Assembly: GCA_047495785.1 (NCBI GenBank)
Contig: JBLDXI010000135.1
Span: 1 to 15,787, forward strand
Reading direction: 5' to 3'
Source: Lepidodermella squamata
Taxonomy: Eukaryota; Animalia; Gastrotricha
Length of the DNA stretch: 15,787 nucleotides
The position numbers and the translations under genes were made by a program. The notes beneath the pieces are model-generated. The model was not told the origin of the DNA and made no database searches. It worked only from the letters and a program-made list of their open reading frames with translations. Below are positions 1 to 7,250 of this stretch, piece by piece (position 1 is the first letter of the stretch; each line of letters begins with the position of its first letter).

Positions 1-2
1 GC

Positions 3-953
3 TACTCCAAACTCAGCAGAATATTGAGAATCGATTACGGGCTATTGAAGACCGAATTGCTACAGTCGTATTTAAAAAAGGCGTTTGCCGATTGTAATAC
101 AATTTTCGCAGAAGAGCTGATCGAACTCGGCGTCATTGGCTCCTTATGCCAGGCTTTTCGCTGTTCCTGCTGCGACGATGGATTGATGACACTAATCAAA
201 AATGGAGCTAATCTGCTGGAAAAGGAACGCGGCCACACAATTTTGACATACGCCTGCACCGAAGGAAGACGCGATCTCATAATGAAGCTGTTGGACCTCG
301 AAAACAGTGACCAGCTCGTCAAGCTTGGGGGTGATCACACTTTGACGAGGATGGTTCATAGTGGCGAGCTCGATACGGCATCTTGGCTAGTCATTAGCCC
401 TAAAACGGAATGCCTCGCGCGTTTATCAGAAGAAGCTGTGAGATCCGCTTGTTTGGAATCGCCTCTTGATTGGGTTTCGAGTCGAATCAGCGCGATTCCC
501 GAGGGCGAAGATGACCCAAGAGTAGTCACTTTTATCAAGTCGATGGTCCTAGCAGGTTGCCGAACTTCTCACTCGTATTATCAACTTGTCGCAGTAGCCA
601 GGCTAGCAACTGCTGCTGCGAATCGCCTCCCGATTTACGACTATGAGGTCGACTTAATCGATGTTTTACTTTCGACAAAGCGCGACTCATCGTACAAGAA
701 GTTCGAGAGTCATGAGATCCGGGAGATACATGAACTGGCGAGATCTTCGGCTCACCTTGTCTTTCCAATGCGGTTGCAATTCATGGCCCGCATGGCTGTG
801 CTCAATAGCTTACCGATAGGTTACGTCAGTCGAATGACGGCTATCGACGAAGGACTGAAACCTTACCTACCATTAGCCTTGCGCAACTATTTGAAGTTTC
901 AAATGGGATACCAGTCCCCAGAACTTTTATCTAGGATGAAACAAACTCGATGA
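3..953 (+). CDS. Ankyrin-repeat and SOCS-box protein (ASB-like Cullin-RING E3 substrate adaptor), 5'-partial
   Basis: The frame is open from position 3, so the TTG at 24 is not the real start. Ankyrin-like motif LIKNGANLLEKERGHTILTYACTEGRRDLIMKLLD. C-terminal SOCS box: BC box PMRLQFMARMAV and Cul box LPLALRNYL. AATAAA at 954-959 directly after the stop. Confidence 0.8.
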   Translation, partial: YSKLSRILRIDYGLLKTELLQSYLKKAFADCNTIFAEELIELGVIGSLCQAFRCSCCDDGLMTLIKNGANLLEKERGHTILTYACTEGRRDLIMKLLDLENSDQLVKLGGDHTLTRMVHSGELDTASWLVISPKTECLARLSEEAVRSACLESPLDWVSSRISAIPEGEDDPRVVTFIKSMVLAGCRTSHSYYQLVAVARLATAAANRLPIYDYEVDLIDVLLSTKRDSSYKKFESHEIREIHELARSSAHLVFPMRLQFMARMAVLNSLPIGYVSRMTAIDEGLKPYLPLALRNYLKFQMGYQSPELLSRMKQTR

Positions 954-979
954 AATAAAACGATCTTGTGCTATCGACT

Positions 980-1274
980 TCTCCGACTTCTTCACTTTTC
1001 CGACGTTTGGAAGGATAGCTCTTTTTTCTGCAGCAGATTTCTTTTTTCAGCAGCAGAATACTGTTTTCTGCAGCAGATACTTTTCCCAGCAGCAGATACT
1101 TTTTTCAGCAGCAAATTTTAAAATATCGATTTTCATGAATTATACTTTAACCGTCAGCAAATTCCTTCTTTTCGCAGCAAAATCCTTTTTCTCACAGCAA
1201 TTTTTTTTTTCGCGAGGAACATCTTTTATTTGCAGCACATCCCGTTTTATTTCAGGAGAAAAGAAAAAAAATTG
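980..1274. repeat. Left arm of a perfect 295-bp inverted repeat (partner 1827-2121)
   Basis: Reverse complement of 1827-2121 (paired coordinates sum to 3101). Pairing fails at 979/2122 and 1275/1826. Built from ~19-bp CAGCAG/T-tract subrepeats. Confidence 0.95.
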
Positions 1275-1321
1275 CAAGTTGAAATTGAAATTAACCACGC
1301 GATTCAGCGTCGCGTGTTTAG
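1021..1321 (+). mobile_element. Truncated, internally shorter copy of the putative non-autonomous Helitron at 3280-4298
   Basis: Reverse complement of 3279-3450 and ~4113-4249. Ends in the hairpin CACGCGA-N7-TCGCGTG (1296-1316) followed by TTTAG|T, where similarity to the other copy stops. Confidence 0.55.
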
Positions 1322-1327
1322 TCGTAA

Positions 1328-1822
1328 CAACACCTTAAAAAGGTTGAAAAGTATGGGCACGTGGAAAAAAACAAATTAAAAAAGTAGATCTGCTTACTAC
1401 TACAAATTAAAGCTGCTGGGCAAGCAAGCGCGGCAAGTGCGGCTGGTGTGGCTGAAAATGTCTCCACTATGAACACATTACAGCTGAAAGAATGGGTTGA
1501 AGCACATTCGGAGTTACCGACCAATCTTGACGAGCCGTACTGCGTTGAAGCTCAAATTGCCAACCTTCTGGGCAAGTTGCTTCGACAACTGGGTGGAGAA
1601 TCGACGGAATCGCCGCAGTTCGCTGAAGGTCACCCAGTTCCCGCCACCTTGTACCGGCGTGCCTGGATAAACCTGAAACTTGCAAAGTGTTGCCAAGAAA
1701 ATCCAATAAAAAAGAAGCCGCACATGAAGGTTTTCAATGTCGATGGGGACTTCTACGTCGTCACCAGTTGTCATGTCGAAACCGATTCGCTAGATCGCTG
1801 CGTCACAAAACACATCTCGTGA
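1328..1822 (+). pseudogene. Probable decayed, internally deleted Mutator-like (MULE) transposase remnant
   Basis: STMNTLQLKEWVEAHSELPTNLDEPYCV resembles the segment before the DDE core of invertebrate MULE transposases. FAEGHPVPATLYRRAW...FYVV resembles the segment after the core. No DDE core or SWIM finger is visible, and there is an in-frame stop upstream. Based on recalled motif resemblance only. Confidence 0.4.
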
Positions 1823-1826
1823 GAGT

Positions 1827-2121
1827 CAATTTTTTTTCTTTTCTCCTGAAATAAAACGGGATGTGCTGCAAATAAAAGATGTTCCTCGCGAAAAAAAAAA
1901 TTGCTGTGAGAAAAAGGATTTTGCTGCGAAAAGAAGGAATTTGCTGACGGTTAAAGTATAATTCATGAAAATCGATATTTTAAAATTTGCTGCTGAAAAA
2001 AGTATCTGCTGCTGGGAAAAGTATCTGCTGCAGAAAACAGTATTCTGCTGCTGAAAAAAGAAATCTGCTGCAGAAAAAAGAGCTATCCTTCCAAACGTCG
2101 GAAAAGTGAAGAAGTCGGAGA
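1827..2121. repeat. Right arm of the perfect 295-bp inverted repeat
   Basis: Exact reverse complement of 980-1274. 1827-2080 is repeat-family sequence; 2081-2121 is not shared with the third copy and runs into the OTU reading frame. Confidence 0.95.
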
Positions 2122-2180
2122 GAAAGAAGGCGAAGCTGTTGAGTCAGTAGGCGAAGAAGTCAAGAAAAACGAAGAAAAAG

Positions 2181-3172
2181 ATGGCAATTTCAGGCTGTTT
2201 CTTGACAGAACATAACGGTCTCGAGAAACCGAAGTCTCGTAAGCGCAGCAAGGCAGCTCGGTCACCTGTTACGTCGAACGAATCGTCGCTACATTCTCCT
2301 GAACCTTCGCCGATCAAATCAAAAGCGAAGACTCGTAAGCGTCGAGCTTTGCGCAGAAAGGCAGGTCGTTCATCTGCTACGTCCACCGAATCTTCACTGC
2401 TTTCTCCGGAACCTTCGCCGATTAAATCCAAAAAGAATCGCAAACAAGTTCAGAAGTCTCCGCCTGCTGGTGACGGTTGCCCTCGTGACGGTGACCGATA
2501 CGACCGATTCGCCGTGCACGATGTTCTGGGTGACGGGAACTGTGCCTTCCGTGCGATGGCACTACTCCTCCACGGTTCGGAGGACGACCATGCATTGCTG
2601 GGGGCTGAGGCGGTAGACTGGCTCACCGACAACGCTGAATTGGTGATGCCTTACTTCGCCGGGATTCACCCGGGTGACAAGGAGAATACGCCCTACGGCT
2701 TGGAAGATTATTTGGAATTTGGTAAATTAATTTGCGTCGCGTTTCATGTGTGCAAAACTTGATTAACTTTATTTGCAGTTCTACGCCTGTCGGAACTAGG
2801 CTACTGGGGCGGGGAGGAGGCCCTTACAGCAATCGCAGTGAGCCGTAATATCAATATTGAGGTCCATCAAATGGAATCTGTCCCTTACGTCATCAGGCCC
2901 GTCGGCCATCGCGGTGCCGGGCGGAAGCCAACACAGGGGCGTAACTAAGGGGGGGCCAGGGGGGGGGGGCACCGGCCCCACCAGCTGGAAAAATACTCTC
3001 AGGGTACAACAGGGGGGACCCTGTGGTCTGAAAAATTCGGGGCCGCAAATACGTAGAAAAGATGTGCTGGCCCCAAGGCTGGCCCCATCAGTTTGGTAGA
3101 CCTAGTTACGCCGCTGAGCCAACATACCATGTTTTTTTTTGCAACAATCACTACATGGCCCTGGGGAAATAG
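2181..3172 (+). pseudogene. OTU-family cysteine protease/deubiquitinase, probably transposon-borne, disrupted by a MITE. Reconstructed coding parts: 2181-2721, 2779-2933, 3125-3172
   Basis: Cys loop DVLGDGNCAFRAMA (Cys codon 2541-2543). GT-AG intron 2722-2778 (57 bp) joins to VLRLSELGYWGGEEALTAIA...INIEVH. Removing the MITE and one TSD restores the frame to KPT-YHVFFCNNHYMALGK* (His codon 3149-3151). The K/S-rich N-terminus continues upstream past a TAG at 2148-2150. Confidence 0.85.
2934..3116. mobile_element. 183-bp hAT-superfamily MITE
   Basis: Exact 8-bp target-site duplication AGCCAACA (2926-2933 and 3117-3124). Imperfect terminal inverted repeats CAGGGGCGTAACTA / TAGTTACGCCGCTG. An 8-bp TSD with CAG termini is typical of hAT elements. 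Confidence 0.92.
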
Positions 3173-3465
3173 GGTGACGTGGAAAATTGGGAAATGTTCA
3201 TTTCAGAAAAAGCTGACATTTTTTCCGAATAATTTAGCAATAATTTACTGACAATGCTACTGACATGTGATGATGCTAACTATACACGCGACGCTGAATC
3301 GCGTGGTTAATTTCAATTTCAACTTGCAATTTTTTTTTCTTTTCTCCTGAAATAAAACTGGATGTGCTGCAAATAAAAGATGTTCCTCGCGAAAAAAAAA
3401 ATTGCTGTGAGAAAAAGGATTTTGCTGCGAAAAGAAGGATATTGCTGACGAAAAAACTATGGTCC

Positions 3466-4120
3466 ATTTTCATTAAAAAAATTTAACCATTTTGATAGAC
3501 ACGCTTTCCTGAGTTCAAATATGTATACATATTTCGTTACATATTTCGTTATAAGCAGCAACCGCGCCTAAAATGATTTATTTCCATATACTCGTCATTA
3601 CTCTTGTTAGATTTAACATCCGAGAATGGAAAGTCAGTTAATTCAGTCTGTTCTATCAAGAAAAATTCAGCGGCCTAGGGCCATGTAGTGTGCACCCGTG
3701 TAAAACAAGGATATAGTCTTTTTACGGCCTTTACCGCTTTTCAAGGGCAAGATTTCAATCAAAGGGCATTCAACTAGCCGATGCCGTCGCCCAGTCGGGG
3801 AACCGGTTTTCTGAGTAGACATAGACTACCGCCTTTCCTCGCACCCGGGCCGAAGTCTCCACGTCGGATTGATCAGGGGAGCTTTTTATGGTAGAAGGCG
3901 ATGACAACAGTAGTTCTCTCATAATCAATTTGATTTAAACTTTGTGCTTGAATCACATAAATATTTCAAACGAACAGTTGTGAAAATAGCCAGTCGCGTG
4001 CGCTTATTTTGTAAACAGCACGTGTTCATCTAATGCTGCCCATTTCATATGGGAACTTATGTATTATTGAACTCATGAAAACGTGTCTATCAAAATGGTT
4101 ACATTTTTTTTAATGAAAAT
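3466..4120. repeat. Imperfect ~54-bp inverted repeats (3466-3518 and 4067-4120) enclosing an internal module
   Basis: ATTTTCATTAAAAAAATTTAACCATTTTGATAGACACGCTTTCCTGAGTTCAA pairs with TTGAACTCATGAAAACGTGTCTATCAAAATGGTTACATTTTTTTTAATGAAAAT with few mismatches. The enclosed module is absent from the copies at 1021-1321 and 1827-2080. Confidence 0.9.
3667..3822 (-). pseudogene. C-terminal fragment of a second, paralogous OTU protease
   Basis: Manual translation gives MSTQKTGSPTGRRHRLVECPLIEILPLKSGKGRKKTISLFYTGAHYMALGR*. This aligns with the reconstructed OTU end HQMESVPYVIRPVGHRGAGRKPTYHVFFCNNHYMALGK*. It is too short to appear in the ORF track. Confidence 0.75.
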
Positions 4121-4909
4121 CGATATTTTGAAATTTGCTGCTGAAAAAGTATAATCTGCTGCTGAATAAAGTATCTGCTGCTGGGAAAAGTATCTGCTGC
4201 AGAAAAAAGTATTCTGCTGCTGAAAAAAGAAATCTGCTGCTGAAAAAAGGTTTCTTCGTTTGGAAATAGGGATTTCAACCCTGTGAAATATATAAAGATA
4301 TTGGTTAGAAAATTCCCCCAAATAAGAAATTTATTGATTTTGATATCGATCGGTATCGATTTAGACATATCGATATTTTCCGAAGCTGATGATGGAGTGA
4401 TTTTGACTTCGGAATCTTGTTCGGCGGCCTCGATTTGACTTGTCATGAAGATTCCGGTAACCCACTTCGACATGAAACTATTGGCCGCGCCAATAACAAT
4501 GGATCATTTTTGCGTCGGAACGCGACGTTTTACAAATTATTGGAATTGAAATGAAATGACAGCGATCGGTAAAAATGAAAGATCTCTGAATGCAATCCTG
4601 CAGGGAAAATCAGCTTTGCGAAAGGAAGCTTTCATAGAAGGGGATGTCAGCCTAGTTGAATTAACGACAAATGAAAATGCCGGTGTGGAATAAAATTTCA
4701 TCGCTAAAGAAAATAATACGCGATTATATTCTATTCATAATTATTCAAATATTATTGTTAATTTTATGATGCTAAAATAGGTTTTTTGCGGCTGACACGT
4801 GAGAGGGAAAGGACAGCTGAACTTGCTTGGAGAAGTGCCATGACTAACGGCAACCCTGGATCGCAAGCATAATAGACAATTCATCTAGCGCAACTAACGA
4901 TCGCTCGCC

Positions 4910-4916
4910 TATAAAA
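4910..4916 (+). promoter_or_regulatory. TATA box of the repeat-precursor gene
   Basis: TATAAAA about 110 bp upstream of ATG 5023, with initiator-like TCAATC/TCATT about 30 bp downstream of it. Confidence 0.55.
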
Positions 4917-5022
4917 CCATAGCTGAAAGGTGAAAATTTCAATCTTCATTGAATACCAACGTTTCATCAAAAGCAATTTCCTTTTTCGAATATTTTATCA
5001 GCCATTTTATTCAAGCCGAATT

Positions 5023-6240
5023 ATGATCTGCAAGCTAACGATAGCAGCATGCCTGGTGAGTTTCTGCAACCGATGTGCATATCATATAACTAATGGCATG
5101 ACACATTTGTTTTGAAACTAGGTAGCAGCGGTCCTTTCGAATCCGCTTGGGGAGACCATGAGGCGTGAGAGCGCCTACGAAGAAGCCAAGCGCGGGGAAG
5201 CTGGCTACGAAGAGGCCAAGCGTGGTGAAGCTGCCTACGACGAGGCCAAACGTGGTGAAGCTGCCTACGAGGAAGCCAAGCGCGGTGAAGCTGGCTACGA
5301 AGAGGCAAAGCGCAAGGAAGCTGGTTACGAGGAAGCCAAGCGTGGTGAAGCCGCCTACGAGGAAGCCAAGCGCGGTGAAGCTGGCTACGAAGAGGCAAAG
5401 CGCGGTGAAGCTGGCTACGAAGAAGCCAAGCGCGGGGAAGCTGGTTACGAGGAAGCCAAGCGTGGTGAAGCCGCCTACGAGGAAGCCAAGCGCCGTGAAG
5501 CTGCTTACGAGGAAGCCAAGCGCGGTGAAGCTGGCTACGAAGAGGCAAAGCGCAGGGAAGCTGGTTACGAGGAAGCCAAGCGTGGTGAAGCCGCCTACGA
5601 GGAAGCCAAGCGCGGTGAAGCTGGCTACGAAGAGGCAAAGCGCGGTGAAGCTGGTTACGAAGAAGCCAAGCGCGGGGAAGCTGGCTACGAAGAGGCCAAA
5701 CGCGGCGAAGCCGCCTACGAGGAGGCCAAGCGCGGTGAAGCTGCCTACGAAGAGGCCAAACGTGGTGAAGCTGCCTACGAAGAGGCCAAGCGCGGTGAAG
5801 CTGCCTATGAGGAAGCCAAACGTGGTGAAGCTGCCTACGAAGAGGCCAAACGTGGTGAAGCTGCCTACGAAGAGGCCAAACGTGGTGAAGCTGCCTACGA
5901 AGAGGCCAAGCGCGGTGAAGCTGCCTATGAGGAAGCCAAACGTGGTGAAGCTGCCTACGAAGAGGCCAAACGTGGTGAAGCTGCCTATGAAGAGGCCAAG
6001 CGCGGTGAAGCTGCCTATGAGGAAGCCAAACGTGGTGAAGCTGCCTACGAAGAGGCCAAACGCGGCGAAGCCGCCTACGAGGAGGCCAAGCGCGGTGAAG
6101 CTGCCTACGAAGAGGCCAAACGTGGTGAAGCTGCCTATGAAGAGGCCAAACGTGGTGAAGCTGCCTACGAAGAGGCTAAACGTGGTGAAGCTGCCTATGA
6201 AGAGGCCAAGCGCGGTGAAGCCGCCTACGAGCAGGCTTGA
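5023..6240 (+). CDS. Secreted multicopy peptide precursor (383 aa): signal peptide plus 36 dibasic-site-delimited acidic Tyr peptides. Exons 5023-5055 and 5122-6240
   Basis: A phase-0 intron GTGAGT...CTAG (5056-5121, 66 bp) gives MICKLTIAACL|VAAVLSNPLGETMRR, a signal-peptide-like N-terminus. Then ESAYEEA-KR, 34 x (8 aa + KR) and a terminal GEAAYEQA*. Differences between repeats fall mostly at third codon positions in this frame. AATAAA at 6456-6461. Confidence 0.88.
5161..6240 (+). repeat. Coding tandem array, 36 x 30 bp
   Basis: 1080 bp = 36 units with no indels; consensus CGYGGTGAAGCTGSCTACGARGARGCCAAR. Confidence 0.97.
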
Positions 6241-7182
6241 ATAATTTGAGCGATGGCTGCTCTGTTTTATTCCATTACAAGGGAAGAGACTTGTATTATG
6301 TGCTTTCGCCCGAGTTGTTTTTATTCGTTTCGTTAATTTATAAATCATAATCCTTTTTATTATTGATACTCAATGATGGCTGGAAAAGTCAAACTTTTCT
6401 TATTGCAATCATGGAATCAATCGTTTCTTTTGTTAGTCCCTGTCGCCATCGCGTAAATAAATATTGCAGTTAACTGATGAATTTTTGCTTTCGTACTATT
6501 TCTGATTTCTGCCCAGCTACTTAATTAGGTTGATCGCGACTGGGCATAACAACGAATTTCAAGATTTCCTCTCATGTGAACATTTTGTCAGTGATAAATG
6601 GAGGATAATAGCTAGTGAAAAATTTTAGCTAAAAAGTGTAAGGGAAAATCTGTGTTATATACCGTCCACAAGTTTCCAACACTGTCAAATCTATGCATTC
6701 GGCATTATTCAAGCTTTCTCCGTGTCGGCAAATCGGCTCTCAATTCTGGAAATTCTCTATCCTATGAGAAATTGGTCAAATCCCACTGAAAGCTGTGAAT
6801 ATGGTCTGCATACCGTTCGGTTATTGTAAACATTGTGTGTGGGTACTGCGCTCAGCTTTTTTCAAGCTTTTAAGTCTCACCGGGAAGATTCCTTGATGTT
6901 AGCAAAAGGGGTTCTTCGTGCATTACGCTTAACAAATTGAAAAAGTACTTCAGAATCCTACGCCATTACAGCTTTTGTTTATTTTATTGTCTAAATTGTT
7001 ATAACACGAACCTTTCGCCAAGCACTGTCGTTTTCCAGTTATAAAAATTGTTCAATATCATGTGATTATGTAGACATTGACGAAGGTCGTAGGCGAGTTT
7101 CTTCCAACGCGAATGAATCTCGTGATGGTTGCTATTATTAAGGGTAAAAAAGGTGCCCCCATTTCGGATAGATGAAACCAGC

Positions 7183-7190
7183 TATAAGTA
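7183..7190 (+). promoter_or_regulatory. TATA-like box of the methyltransferase gene
   Basis: TATAAGTA about 65 bp upstream of ATG 7251. Confidence 0.4.
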
Positions 7191-7250
7191 CAGGCTAGGT
7201 GTAGCGCGAACAGCCAAAATACCTTGCATTTTTCAAATTACGACAAAGCA

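Larger units (their letters stand above)
3280..4298 (-). mobile_element. Putative full-length non-autonomous Helitron (~1.0 kb) with minisatellite-like subrepeats
   Basis: On the minus strand it starts A|TCTTTATATATTTC at 4298 and ends with a 7-bp-stem GC-rich hairpin (3285-3305) plus TATAG|T at 3280. It sits between A and T with no TSD. The 3' end is ATAG rather than canonical CTRR, and the 5' boundary rests on motif only. Confidence 0.55.

Noticed and set aside
1135-1338. Short F/Q-rich ORFs here and at 3276-3473, 4073-4321 and 4099-4473
   Set aside because: Largely translations of the non-coding repeat family.
980-2121. Simple TIR transposon with 295-bp TIRs
   Set aside because: No flanking TSD seen, the arms include OTU-side flank, and the repeat family has asymmetric Helitron-like ends.
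2796-3099. Gly/Pro-rich ORFs 2857-3099 and 2796-2981
   Set aside because: Produced by the MITE G-runs and off-frame OTU sequence.
4251-4270. Inverted resemblance (CGTTTGGAA core) to 2083-2097
   Set aside because: Too short to separate from chance, though it might mark a template-switch microhomology.
5161-6240. CRISPR array or LEA protein
   Set aside because: No unique spacers and a eukaryotic context rule out CRISPR. The period is 10 aa rather than the 11 aa of group 3 LEA, and KR is invariant; an uncleaved helical protein is disfavoured but not excluded.
5035-6348. Long ORFs in other frames of the array (437 aa and 182 aa minus; 359 aa plus)
   Set aside because: Shadows of a stop-free 30-bp repeat. 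Unit variation is silent only in the GEAAYEEAKR frame, which also has the leader exon.
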